Virus record (IMG/VR): IMGVR_UViG_3300049919_000106
Coordinates: 1-47,464 of that record
Direction: 5' to 3' (one strand)
Length of the DNA stretch: 47,464 nucleotides
Origin: a virus
Lineage: Duplodnaviria > Caudoviricetes
The notes below the pieces were generated by a model that saw nothing but the letters and a program-made list of their open reading frames with translations, searched no databases and had not been told where the DNA came from. A program made the translations under genes and the position numbers. Positions 10,016-19,145 of the stretch are shown piece after piece; the stretch's first letter is position 1; each line of letters opens with the position of its first letter.

Positions 10016-13000
10016 ATGGGATTAATTGCTCCAAAAATGTTAGGAGCTTCTTCTCAAAATGGCTTCACTACAGAACAACTACTACAAATAGCTAAGCTGG
10101 AGGGTGGAGCCGTTGGTGAAGTAGCGGAAGAACTAACTCATCCTGAACGATCTATAGGGGCCACTGTTAGTGACCGTCTTAAGCGTTCATTCTCTGGTCT
10201 TGTAGAGATACTTACTGCTCCTAATCAAGCTGTGGCTGGTATTATTGATCCCACAATTACAATAGGTGAAGCAGTAAAGAAGAATATCAATGTATCAGAT
10301 GTCCTATTAGGGGACAAACCAAAAGACCTTTCGCTATCTGGAAAGGTAGGTTCATTCATTGGTCGTACTGCTATTGACGTTCTATTTGATCCACTTACCT
10401 ACATTACCTTTGGTACAGGTCGTGGTCTTGTTGGTGCAATAAAAGGTATGGAAATTTACGCTGGATCTAAACTTGCTGCTACACAAGGTGTAAAAGCTGG
10501 AGATACCCTAGTACTAAATAAAGTAGGAGAAGATCTCGCTGATAAGTTTGTACAAGCTAAGCGTAATGGATTACGAGCCACCTTCATTAAGAACAAGGAG
10601 CTTGAGCTTATTAACTCTGGTAAGTCATTAGATGAAGCTAAGAGTATTCTTGATAAGCTGGAAGATTCGGTTACAGATTCTGAGGTAGCTGAGACATTCG
10701 GTAAGAGATTTTCTCGTAGTGATGCAGGAGAATCTATTGCAAAGATGCTTGAGAAGCACCCAGCACTTGCTGAAACCTACCTAGACAAAGGTGGAGTTAA
10801 GGTATTTGGTCAGACTATTCTTGAAGGTCAACGTATTGCCAGGACAATCAAAGCTATTCCTTACTTCACTGAAGTAGATAAAGCAACACAGCCAGCCCGT
10901 AACTTTATGGGTTCTTTGTTTAGTCGTAAGTATACTCTTAATGGTAGAGTACCACAACTATTTGATGATATAGTACAGAAGTCAAAAGATCTAGCTCAAT
11001 CACAAAAGAATGAAGCTTTGACACTACTACCAAAGGTATACGAAAGATTAAACATTACAGCAGATGAAGCTAGGTTTATTAATGCAGCTATTGAACATCA
11101 AGTAGTACCTAAAGATCCTAAAGCTGCTGAGATCTGGAAGATGGTGAATGGGTTTGAACCAGAAGATCCAATGCTACGTAAGGAAGTATGGGAAGCTTTG
11201 CAGTTTGAGAAGATGATTGATAAGAAGAACCTTAAGACCTATCGTGCTTCTGGTATTCCTCTATCAGCTCTGCCAGGATACCGTAGACACATGCTTAGTA
11301 AAGAGAGTATGCCTAAGCAAGTATTCCGTACAGGTAGTTCACAGGAAACTAAGGCGCAACTTTTTGCCAAGTACTCAACTATGGTTGATGATACTGGTAA
11401 AAGAATCCCAGTAGAGTTTGATGCTAAGCCTGATCGTTCTGGTCTTGTTACTGCAAACATGATAGTTGATGGTCAGAGAGTACCAGTAAAGCTACAACAG
11501 TTTAGTTCTGAGAAGGAGATTAAACGCATTAAGGAGTTCACTGAACGAAAGACTGCTGAATTACAAGCTTCTCTTAAGACTCTTAAGGAAGAAATAACTA
11601 ATCTAAAGGGAGAAGTTAAGGGTAAAATTGCCACAAAAACATCAGAAGAGATCCTAAAGAGACTCAAAGATGTACCTGGAATATTACCTGCTGATATTAA
11701 AGCTATTACAGATACGATAACAAAACTAATCTCTGAGACTGATGTAGAGAAAGTAATCTCAGAAGTCATTAGTAAAAGCTTTAAGAACGGTGTAAAGTTT
11801 TCTAATGGTCAATCTATTTCTAAAGTAAATCTTGATCTACTTTATGCAGAACTTGCTATGGTAAAACCACAGACTAAGTTTATTGCATCAGAAATAAATA
11901 AGCTTCTTGCTAAAGGGCCAGTATTAAAAGGTAAGGCAGCAGCTAAAGCAACTACCAAAGTTCCTGATAAAGAATTGATGGAACTGGCAGCTAAGATTAA
12001 ACTAGAAATAGAGACAGTACGTAAGAATATTCTTAACAGAACTCTTGACAAACGTGGAATTGAAGATGTAATCCAACAAGTCGTTGCAATCACATCTAAG
12101 AATCCTGCTGGCCTAAGAGCTATAATCAATAGCCTAGTAACTAATAAACAAGCTGCTAGGGATCTAATTGATGAAATAGGAGACATTCAGAGAGCTGCTG
12201 AGATTGATCTAGCTGATGCTGGAGAACTTGGTGGTAAGTTTATCAACAAAGAAACTGGGGCTGCATACACTCGTATGCGTACATACGTAGAGGAAGCTAA
12301 ACAATTTGGCGTAGACTTTGAAGATAACTCACTACTCGTATCTCTTGCTTCATCTTACGAAGCTATCAAGGTATCTACAGCTCGTTACTTCTCCCGAGAT
12401 ATTGCCAAATCATTTGGTGTGCCAGCATCACAAGTTACAGCAGGTATGCGCCCAATATCCAGCTCTGGTCTTAAGACAGAAGGAATGGATATATCTAACT
12501 TCTTCTTGAATAAGAATGGTGAAGAACTTTACTTTGATCCAGTTATTGCTGAGGCAGTAGAGGGATTCTCTAAGTCACTAAACGAAGATGCAGCATCTGA
12601 GGCAGTTAAGTACTACGATAAGATTCAGAACTACTTTAAAGCATCAGTTACTTCTATCTGGCCAGCTTTCCATGGTCGCAATGCTATCTCTAACGTATTT
12701 CAGATGTTCTCTATGCTTGGCTCACAGGTGTTTAACCCAGCAGCTCACGTAAAGGTAGCATCTATTGTCAAGGGAGAGATTGATTTCAAGAAGATGCAAG
12801 AGGCTCTTGATCTTGGTAAGATTACAGGTAAAGAGTTTGGAGACTACATGAAGCAGACAGCATTCATAGACGATTCTGGTTATAAGTGGTCACGATCTGA
12901 ACTACGATCAGTTATTATGGACAACATGGTTGCTTTCCACCCACGTAATCTAGGACAGGTAGATCAGTATGCTGTGTCTGGACAAGAATTTACATCTCTA

Positions 13001-14038
13001 CATAAGAGATTATTCCCAGAGACTAAGTTTGATAAGATGTACCAGGGTAAGATCAAGTATGTCAACCCACTCAGTACAGATAATGCAGCGTTTAAGGCTG
13101 GATTTGCAGTAGGACAGACTGTTGAAGACTACTCACGACTACTTACATTCACTAGTTACCTAAAGGAGACTGGAGATGTACAGCAAGCAGCTAAGATGAC
13201 AAAGCAAGTACTCTTTGACTATACTAATCTATCTGAGTTTGAACGTAGATTCATGCGCCGAATCTTCCCGTTCTATACCTACTCACGAAAGAACATTGAG
13301 CTACAAGTTAAGACTCTATTCAAGAACCCAGCTCGTGTAGCTGGTACAATCCGATCAGTATATACTCTGGGTGACGTAATGGGTAATGATAGACTTACTG
13401 ATGAGGAAAAGAAACTACTACCAGACTGGATGAAGGATGGCCACAACGCTGTACTATCACGAGAGAATAGTCACATTACAGTACTATCAAGTCTAGGTAT
13501 TCCAATTGACCAGGCATTAAGTAATCTTGACCCACATACTCTACTTGGAATGACAACACCTTTGATTAAGTTTCCAGTTGAGAAGATGAGTGGATACTCA
13601 TTCTTCCATGGTAAGCCTATCTCTGAGGTAACTAATGCAGCAGCGTTTTCTTCACCAGCAGTACCAGAATACATACGAGACTATATTGGTTTCAGTAAGG
13701 TAGATGGTGTTAATAAGAATACTGGTGAGAAGTTCATCTACTATACAGCTCTACGACCAGATAGGATGCACACTATCCTTAACCTTCCACCTACTTCACG
13801 CACATGGTCTTACCTACGATCTATGCAAGATGCAGACCTAACTACCCAGGCAAAGATAATGGGATTCCTAGTAGGGGTTAAGCCAGAATCATTTGATATG
13901 CAGGTAGAAGAGGCTCGCCGAGAGAAAGAGAGTAAGGCAGAACTAGAGGCAGTACTCAAACAAGCAGGTGTCGGATATTTATTCACACGCTACGTACTAC
14001 CAGACGAAAAGAAGGAAGAGATTGGATTTGAGGAATAA
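10016..14038 (+). CDS. large ejection/internal virion protein
   Basis: 1340 aa; DPLTYI and FHGRN...DYTNLSEFERRFMRRIFPFYT motifs typical of podoviral DNA-ejection proteins; last gene of the operon. Confidence 0.65.
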   Translation: MGLIAPKMLGASSQNGFTTEQLLQIAKLEGGAVGEVAEELTHPERSIGATVSDRLKRSFSGLVEILTAPNQAVAGIIDPTITIGEAVKKNINVSDVLLGDKPKDLSLSGKVGSFIGRTAIDVLFDPLTYITFGTGRGLVGAIKGMEIYAGSKLAATQGVKAGDTLVLNKVGEDLADKFVQAKRNGLRATFIKNKELELINSGKSLDEAKSILDKLEDSVTDSEVAETFGKRFSRSDAGESIAKMLEKHPALAETYLDKGGVKVFGQTILEGQRIARTIKAIPYFTEVDKATQPARNFMGSLFSRKYTLNGRVPQLFDDIVQKSKDLAQSQKNEALTLLPKVYERLNITADEARFINAAIEHQVVPKDPKAAEIWKMVNGFEPEDPMLRKEVWEALQFEKMIDKKNLKTYRASGIPLSALPGYRRHMLSKESMPKQVFRTGSSQETKAQLFAKYSTMVDDTGKRIPVEFDAKPDRSGLVTANMIVDGQRVPVKLQQFSSEKEIKRIKEFTERKTAELQASLKTLKEEITNLKGEVKGKIATKTSEEILKRLKDVPGILPADIKAITDTITKLISETDVEKVISEVISKSFKNGVKFSNGQSISKVNLDLLYAELAMVKPQTKFIASEINKLLAKGPVLKGKAAAKATTKVPDKELMELAAKIKLEIETVRKNILNRTLDKRGIEDVIQQVVAITSKNPAGLRAIINSLVTNKQAARDLIDEIGDIQRAAEIDLADAGELGGKFINKETGAAYTRMRTYVEEAKQFGVDFEDNSLLVSLASSYEAIKVSTARYFSRDIAKSFGVPASQVTAGMRPISSSGLKTEGMDISNFFLNKNGEELYFDPVIAEAVEGFSKSLNEDAASEAVKYYDKIQNYFKASVTSIWPAFHGRNAISNVFQMFSMLGSQVFNPAAHVKVASIVKGEIDFKKMQEALDLGKITGKEFGDYMKQTAFIDDSGYKWSRSELRSVIMDNMVAFHPRNLGQVDQYAVSGQEFTSLHKRLFPETKFDKMYQGKIKYVNPLSTDNAAFKAGFAVGQTVEDYSRLLTFTSYLKETGDVQQAAKMTKQVLFDYTNLSEFERRFMRRIFPFYTYSRKNIELQVKTLFKNPARVAGTIRSVYTLGDVMGNDRLTDEEKKLLPDWMKDGHNAVLSRENSHITVLSSLGIPIDQALSNLDPHTLLGMTTPLIKFPVEKMSGYSFFHGKPISEVTNAAAFSSPAVPEYIRDYIGFSKVDGVNKNTGEKFIYYTALRPDRMHTILNLPPTSRTWSYLRSMQDADLTTQAKIMGFLVGVKPESFDMQVEEARREKESKAELEAVLKQAGVGYLFTRYVLPDEKKEEIGFEE

Positions 14039-14039
14039 C

Positions 14040-14078
14040 AGAAAAGCCCCACGGATTGAATTTCCAGGGGCTTTTTCT
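14040..14078. terminator. bidirectional intrinsic terminator between convergent operons
   Basis: AGAAAAGCCCC...GGGGCTTTTTCT inverted repeat with T/A runs on both sides. Confidence 0.85.
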
Positions 14079-14164
14079 TATGGGTGGTAGGTAAGTACCT
14101 ATTTGGGTATTTACGCCTCGCTATGAGGCATTTAGAGGGGTTAAATGGCCTTCCATGAGGTGTC

Positions 14165-14419
14165 TTAGACCTTGATTAGCTTTCTTTTAGTGATGCAAAC
14201 TTTTGGTATACTCATGTATGCCCCACAGTTTCCATTACTAATATCTTTTGCCATAGTCAGAGTGATTGATTGTTTGTCTTCATGGACAAGGTATCCAATT
14301 GTTTCTATCTCTGCTAGTTTATTCTCATCCTCAATCAGCTTACTGGCACGAACCCATCCGTCTGCTCCAGTTGCATCTATCCATCTAATGAATATGATCT
14401 GTGGCCCTTTAACTGCCAT
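14165..14419 (-). CDS. conserved phage hypothetical protein
   Basis: WIDA...GW...IETIGYLV...IPKVCI pattern; overlaps the groES stop. Confidence 0.7.
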   Translation of the reverse strand: MAVKGPQIIFIRWIDATGADGWVRASKLIEDENKLAEIETIGYLVHEDKQSITLTMAKDISNGNCGAYMSIPKVCITKRKLIKV

Positions 14420-14741
14420 ATTTTGAGAGGATATTCTCTTCCTTAATAAAGATAAAGTCTACTTCAAATACATTGATATTCATTGCTGAATACTTCTCAA
14501 AGAGAACAAACTCTCCTGGCTCTACACTATGAACATCTGGCCCCATGGAGACAACCATAGCATACTCTGGTTTGTCTTCATAGTTCTTAGGGTCATAAGT
14601 GACTCCGTCTGTGTCGAAATCGACTGGAACCAATAGTACATTATCCCTGAGTACTTGGTGCTTCGTCAGCTCCCTTAAGTTCTTGTTCTTTAGCAGAGCT
14701 ATCTTCTGATTGAACCCCTCCTTCATTGTTGTCTCCTGCAT
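14409..14741 (-). CDS. groES: co-chaperonin GroES
   Basis: LRDNVLL...AMVVSMGPDV...VEPGEFVLFEKYS...FIKEENIL; start may be the downstream Met at 14726. Confidence 0.85.
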   Translation of the reverse strand: MQETTMKEGFNQKIALLKNKNLRELTKHQVLRDNVLLVPVDFDTDGVTYDPKNYEDKPEYAMVVSMGPDVHSVEPGEFVLFEKYSAMNINVFEVDFIFIKEENILSKYGS

Positions 14742-14907
14742 TTTCTGTAGGCTTAAGTTCGATTAAACGTGCATCTGGGATGATTCCATTACGACCTGTT
14801 CGTAGGAATGGTTCAATGGCTAGACCATCTCGTTCAAGAATATCTTGAATTTCTTTAGCTGCGTTCTCTAGTTTACTACTTGCTTGTACTTGTGGTTTGT
14901 TTGTCAT
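14641..14907 (-). CDS. hypothetical protein between groEL and groES
   Basis: 88 aa; overlaps both neighbours. Confidence 0.55.
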   Translation of the reverse strand: MTNKPQVQASSKLENAAKEIQDILERDGLAIEPFLRTGRNGIIPDARLIELKPTENAGDNNEGGVQSEDSSAKEQELKGADEAPSTQG

Positions 14908-16420
14908 CTTCTTTTGTATTAACGATTATGTATCGGCTAGTAAGGATTGCGATAGCGATTGAGATTGAGTTCTCAATGGCCATCTGAGTTACTTTGTAGG
15001 GGTCAATGACTCCGGCTTTGATGAGGTCTTCTTCTTTGTCCGTTTTGGCGTTGTAGCCGTAGCTTCCTTTACTGACGGACAAGAGGTAATCTCCACTCTT
15101 ACCACAGTTTTCTGCAATCTGGCGAACACTCGCTTGACCAAACTTTTTAAATATTGCATCTTTTTCTTTATTAGTCGCTTGTAATAATGCTAGTCCTCCT
15201 CCTGGTAGATACCCGTACTTCATTGCTGCTCTTGTAGCATTGATGGCATCTTCATAGCGGAAGATCTTTTCTTGAGTTTCAATAGGTGTCTTTCCTGCAA
15301 CCTTTACTGTGACAGTACCAGTGGTCAGCACAGCTAGTCTACGAGAAATCTTTTCATTATCCTTATCCTTATCCTTCTCTGCCTGTAACTCTTCAACTAG
15401 GGCCATGAGTTTAGGATTTGCGTTATTGTGTGTAGCTAGAACAGTCTTGTCTGCTGTTGCATATACTTTCTTTGCTACTATGAAGTCTTCGGTTGTTAGT
15501 CCATTGACGAGTTTGCCTTGCTTCTCTGTTACTAGATTCCCACCTAGATAGATTGCGAGGTCATTGAGTACTGATGAATCATTCTCTTTTGCTTCTGGAT
15601 GTTTAACTAGAAGGAGATTGATGTACCCTTGGGTATGATTTCCTATCAAGAAGTTTGGAGCCTTACCAATGAAATCTCGTGCAATGATTACTAGATTCTT
15701 AATGTTAGCTTTGATTGCGGTAGATAGAATAGCTTTACATTCTTCTTCGTAGTATAATCGCTTGTCGGTTACAAGGACATGCACATCCTCATAGCCAGCT
15801 TTCATTGATCCATCATTTGCTAGTTCTGGTACTAGCATACCACTATTGATTACATATCCAGTGTCCTGAATAAGCTCTGTCTCATCTGATGTTGAAGGGT
15901 TTATGAAAACCATTCCTGAATCCCCAGCGGTCTTCACCACTTCAAGGACATTCATTGCTATCTCATCATCTCCTCCAGAAGATATAGTTGCAATGTTTAG
16001 AATATCTTGATCTGTACTAACCTTGATTGGATTGAGTGAGGCCACTGTTCTCCGACCAAAGGCTTCCAGGTTCTTCTTAAGCTGCATGACGTTCATACCA
16101 TCATCTAGCAGTTTCATCCCTTCACGGATTAGAGTAGAAGTTAGGAGAATGGTTGTACTTGTACCATCACCTGCTACTCTATTTGTATTTAATGCCCCAT
16201 ACTTGATTACTCTGATTATAGAATCCTCAATGGCATCCTCAGATGAGATCTGCTTAGCAATAGTTACGCCGTCATTAGTTACATAGATACCACCTTGGGA
16301 ATCTTCATAGAGAGTATTACCCCCTTGCGGACTGATGGTCTGGACAACAGGATCACTAATCTTCTTTACTGCGTTTAGTACTTTTTCCCTTACCTCTAAT
16401 GTGTTTACTATTAGTTTCAT
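14876..16420 (-). CDS. groEL: chaperonin GroEL
   Basis: TISPQG, TNDGVTIAK, AGDGTSTT, EDAINATRAA, LPGGG, GVIDPYKV motifs. Confidence 0.95.
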   Translation of the reverse strand: MKLIVNTLEVREKVLNAVKKISDPVVQTISPQGGNTLYEDSQGGIYVTNDGVTIAKQISSEDAIEDSIIRVIKYGALNTNRVAGDGTSTTILLTSTLIREGMKLLDDGMNVMQLKKNLEAFGRRTVASLNPIKVSTDQDILNIATISSGGDDEIAMNVLEVVKTAGDSGMVFINPSTSDETELIQDTGYVINSGMLVPELANDGSMKAGYEDVHVLVTDKRLYYEEECKAILSTAIKANIKNLVIIARDFIGKAPNFLIGNHTQGYINLLLVKHPEAKENDSSVLNDLAIYLGGNLVTEKQGKLVNGLTTEDFIVAKKVYATADKTVLATHNNANPKLMALVEELQAEKDKDKDNEKISRRLAVLTTGTVTVKVAGKTPIETQEKIFRYEDAINATRAAMKYGYLPGGGLALLQATNKEKDAIFKKFGQASVRQIAENCGKSGDYLLSVSKGSYGYNAKTDKEEDLIKAGVIDPYKVTQMAIENSISIAIAILTSRYIIVNTKEDDKQTTSTSK

Positions 16421-16907
16421 TTAGCGTTTCTAATTCTTTAATTTCTTCTTGTAACTTAAGTATTTCTGTCTCGTATTCTTTCTTTGTGTATTCTTTCATC
16501 ATCACCTTGCGAGCGTAAGCATCATCCAGAGCTTTGACGTATTCTTCTCCGTATCTCTTTACAAGATTAGATCTGTATGGTATAAGTTTACCTGGTGAGA
16601 ATCTTGGGTTGTTGCATGATGCACACTCAGCATTGATGTTTTTCTTATCAAATAGAAGGGCGAATCCACAATTACCTGCTGGTGCATAGTGTCCTGCCTG
16701 GGCTTCATTCCATTTGGAGAAAGCCCTTCCACAAGAGATGCAAGTTCCATAGTTTATAAAGTCACGCAACCTTACATACTTAGAAATTAGTGACCAGTAG
16801 ATCCCTTTAAGCCCTTTGTAACGCCAGTACGTTAGCTTCTCTCCGTACTGTTCAGCGAGTTCTTTGTCTTTAGCGGTAGTTCCTTTTTTGAATGAGGATC
16901 TTCTCAC
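16356..16907 (-). CDS. ninG: NinG/Rap-like recombination endonuclease
   Basis: SKYVRLRD...CISCG...QAGHY...NINAECASCN; GTG start overlapping upstream TGA. Confidence 0.85.
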   Translation of the reverse strand: MRRSSFKKGTTAKDKELAEQYGEKLTYWRYKGLKGIYWSLISKYVRLRDFINYGTCISCGRAFSKWNEAQAGHYAPAGNCGFALLFDKKNINAECASCNNPRFSPGKLIPYRSNLVKRYGEEYVKALDDAYARKVMMKEYTKKEYETEILKLQEEIKELETLNETNSKHIRGKGKSTKRSKED

Positions 16908-17041
16908 AGATTTAGTAGGCTACGAAGAAAGTCTGATAGATTTTTGAAGCCTCGTTCTACTGATTGCCCTGATAGTCTTGCTTTCTCCTGAGTGGTTACT
17001 CTGAAGATTAGGAAGGCTGTTTTATTATTTTCTTTTTTCAT
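16904..17041 (-). CDS. small ribbon-helix-helix DNA-binding protein (45 aa, not in ORF track)
   Basis: MKKENNKTAFLIFRVTTQEKARL...GFKNLSDFLRSLLNL; coupled to both neighbours. Confidence 0.65.
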   Translation of the reverse strand: MKKENNKTAFLIFRVTTQEKARLSGQSVERGFKNLSDFLRSLLNL

Positions 17042-17561
17042 CCTCAAGTATTAAAATCTTCACGAGTTCTTCTTCTAGTTTATGAAACTCTTTTCCGTTT
17101 GTAGTAATAGTGTAGTCTGGTGCAATTAGATCCATCTCTGTCTCTGATTGATGTGTGCCAGTATTGGTCTGATCTATCCTTCTAACTCGTATAATGATTC
17201 CTTCATTATCTCTTACTGCTTTCGCTTCATTGAGAAAACGACAATCATCCACAAGTACGTTATCTAATCCTTGAATAGCCTGTGCCCACTTCTCTGTCCA
17301 GTAGTTAGGGTTATCTCCCCTTCGTACTTCTGTACCGTATTCTTGCATTAAAGCTCTAATGTGAGGTGGTTTAACCTCAAACACTTCATCTACAGAATAA
17401 GGTTCACTTAGTAGTCTTAATGTATTAGCAAAGTTCTTTTTCAGTTCAGCAATAAGTCCATCTTTAAAATTGACTTGCTTAAACCATGGCCGCAACTCTT
17501 TAATCATTCCCACTGATGTTGATTTACCACTCTGGGCGTAACCCGATAAGGCAATTATCAT
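17025..17561 (-). CDS. deoxynucleoside monophosphate kinase
   Basis: IIALSGYAQSGKST, RALMQEYGTEVRR, DDCRFLNE, HQSE motifs. Confidence 0.9.
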   Translation of the reverse strand: MIIALSGYAQSGKSTSVGMIKELRPWFKQVNFKDGLIAELKKNFANTLRLLSEPYSVDEVFEVKPPHIRALMQEYGTEVRRGDNPNYWTEKWAQAIQGLDNVLVDDCRFLNEAKAVRDNEGIIIRVRRIDQTNTGTHQSETEMDLIAPDYTITTNGKEFHKLEEELVKILILEDEKRK

Positions 17562-18316
17562 TTGTATTCTATTTTATCCATTGGTAATTTCTCTCCTTTA
17601 CTCCAGGCTCCACAAGTCTGGCAATGGTATCGTTGATACTTACAGACTTTTGTAACCATAACTCCCCTACTTTGAACATGATCTCCTCCACAATTTGGGC
17701 AGGATCTTGTAGTTCCTTGGTAGATATTTAGGTTAGGGCCATTTGTTATCCATCCTTTCATCCGATCATAGACATCATAAAGTAGAACAACATCTTGTTT
17801 ATTGTACTTCTTCATCAGTGCCCATGCTTTCATATCACCCCTCATGCAGTCAAACCATAGCTTGATGCCTCCTGTATCTTCTTTAGTACCTAGACCAAGT
17901 GTCTTAGCTAGATCATTAAGACTATTACTATTGAATCTAAAGTATCTTTTTGCGACTAGTTTAGTGTCGATATTTTTACTTGGCTCTGGCGGTGGCAGAT
18001 TGTGTATTAAAAACCTTGCATTGGCCACCTTGAAATCAAAAGAGTTTCCGTTATGAGCCACGAGTACATCTGCCTGGTTGAATAGTTCCCATAGGGTTGT
18101 TACTAATTCTTTGTCGCAGGAAGGATTCTTCTTATAAGATTTAAAGTCTGGTAGAGCTACTACATGGGTTTGTTTTTCATGTCCCCATCTGTAGCTATAC
18201 GATAACATATAGGTCTGTTGTTCAAAATCTAGTACATTCTGTTCCCATTTACCCCATACCCATCCAAGGTTAGGCGCATTTTCAAGATCATAGTACAGCA
18301 CTTTTGCTTTATTCAT
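17558..18316 (-). CDS. RNase H-like (DnaQ/YprB-type) 3'-5' exonuclease with C-terminal Zn ribbon
   Basis: YYDLEN, AHNGNSFD, YNKQDV; CPNCG...CQTCG. Confidence 0.85.
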   Translation of the reverse strand: MNKAKVLYYDLENAPNLGWVWGKWEQNVLDFEQQTYMLSYSYRWGHEKQTHVVALPDFKSYKKNPSCDKELVTTLWELFNQADVLVAHNGNSFDFKVANARFLIHNLPPPEPSKNIDTKLVAKRYFRFNSNSLNDLAKTLGLGTKEDTGGIKLWFDCMRGDMKAWALMKKYNKQDVVLLYDVYDRMKGWITNGPNLNIYQGTTRSCPNCGGDHVQSRGVMVTKVCKYQRYHCQTCGAWSKGEKLPMDKIEYK

Positions 18317-18419
18317 TATTAATTTCGTTAAATACGAAATGATTTAGTTTACTTCTAATGTATTTAAAAGATCTCTTTGTCCATCCAGCGAACTGTAATT
18401 TCTTATTAAATGATGTCAT
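18309..18419 (-). CDS. small hypothetical protein (36 aa)
   Basis: MTSFNKKLQFAGWTKRSFKYIRSKLNHFVFNEINNE; overlaps exonuclease start. Confidence 0.4.
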   Translation of the reverse strand: MTSFNKKLQFAGWTKRSFKYIRSKLNHFVFNEINNE

Positions 18420-18495
18420 ATACGTGATTGCCATTATATGGCGGCATTGCACCCCATGAGCTTACGAAGCCTTACATGGTATCTCAAAGAGAATA

Positions 18496-18568
18496 ATTCG
18501 GGCAGCAGAGTCGAACTACTTTCTTTAGTATCTATTGTACCAAGATCTTGCCGTTAGACCAGCCCAAA
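18496..18568 (-). ncRNA. tRNA-like element with abnormal anticodon arm
   Basis: Acceptor TTTGGGC/GCCCGAA, D-arm GTCT-AACGGCA-AGAT, T-arm AGTAG-TTCGACT-CTGCT; anticodon arm TTGGTA-CAATAGA-TACTAA lacks U33. Confidence 0.65.
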
Positions 18569-18592
18569 TTACCTTTACTTTATTGACAGCTG

Positions 18593-18677
18593 ATTACAAG
18601 CTGTAGTACCACTGTTGATTCAAACTAGGAACAAAGGCTCCCAGGATAACTTCGCTAGTGGTAGTACAACCTACAAT
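18593..18677 (-). ncRNA. 85-nt rod-shaped structured RNA
   Basis: 21-bp terminal helix (one C-C mismatch, several G-U pairs that work only on the minus strand) plus inner CTGGGA/TTCCTAG hairpin. Confidence 0.55.
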
Positions 18678-18678
18678 G

Positions 18679-18749
18679 TTTCGGCTCTACGAATTGAACG
18701 TAGGTGGCATGGTTATGAGCCATGTGTCTTACCACTAGACTAAACCGAA
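18679..18749 (-). tRNA. tRNA-Met/Ile2 (CAT)
   Basis: Cloverleaf TTCGGTT/AGCCGAA, CATGG-CTCATAA-CCATG, CTACG-TTCAATT-CGTAG; no encoded CCA. Confidence 0.85.
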
Positions 18750-18753
18750 ATTG

Positions 18754-18826
18754 CGAATGGTGCTGGAATCGAACCAGCCCGTGAAGTTTTGGAGACTCTA
18801 CCGCCAGCCTTGGAACATTACCACCC
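18754..18826 (-). tRNA. tRNA-Trp (CCA)
   Basis: GGGTGGT/ACCATTC acceptor, anticodon loop CTCCAAA, T-arm GCTGG-TTCGATT-CCAGC. Confidence 0.8.
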
Positions 18827-18828
18827 AT

Positions 18829-18985
18829 GTTAGAGTCTTTGTTAGATACAATCCTGGCCTCGGTATCAAGCAGACAAGATCCCGATATTCATAACTTAAG
18901 GGCATTGGATTGCCAGCTCCGTATTGGTTCTGCTTACCGTTACGGACAATGGGCTGCCATCTCCTGTTTACTAACCGACTCTAAC
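18829..18985 (-). ncRNA. ~157-nt multi-stem structured RNA of unknown class
   Basis: Ends pair (GTTAGAGTC/GACTCTAAC, GTTAG/CTAAC); 5' end coincides with predicted TSS and 3' end abuts tRNA-Trp. Confidence 0.65.
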
Positions 18986-18991
18986 TCTACT

Positions 18992-19020
18992 AGTATAGCA
19001 TACTTTGTAATACAATGCAA
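18992..19020 (-). promoter_or_regulatory. sigma70-type promoter of the ncRNA/tRNA operon
   Basis: TTGCAT-17nt-(TGc)TATACT. Confidence 0.75.
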
Positions 19021-19021
19021 G

Positions 19022-19144
19022 CTATTTCTTCAATAGACCACGTTTTTGCATTAATGGCAAGAGTACCTTACGAAGATACATACCAGATACATTCATCTTC
19101 GATTGATTCCATTTTATAAATTCTCTCTTCTCTGATTTTAACAT
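19022..19144 (-). CDS. small basic hypothetical protein (40 aa)
   Basis: MLKSEKREFIKWNQSKMNVSGMYLRKVLLPLMQKRGLLKK; fills the gap between tRNA-like element and promoter. Confidence 0.45.
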   Translation of the reverse strand: MLKSEKREFIKWNQSKMNVSGMYLRKVLLPLMQKRGLLKK

Positions 19145-19145
19145 A

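Noticed and set aside
17558-18316. DNA polymerase gene
   Set aside because: Only a stand-alone exonuclease domain; no polymerase motifs here or elsewhere in the window
18827-19036. 69-aa plus-strand ORF over the structured RNA
   Set aside because: Antisense to a promoter-defined structured RNA and tRNA operon; no supporting protein features
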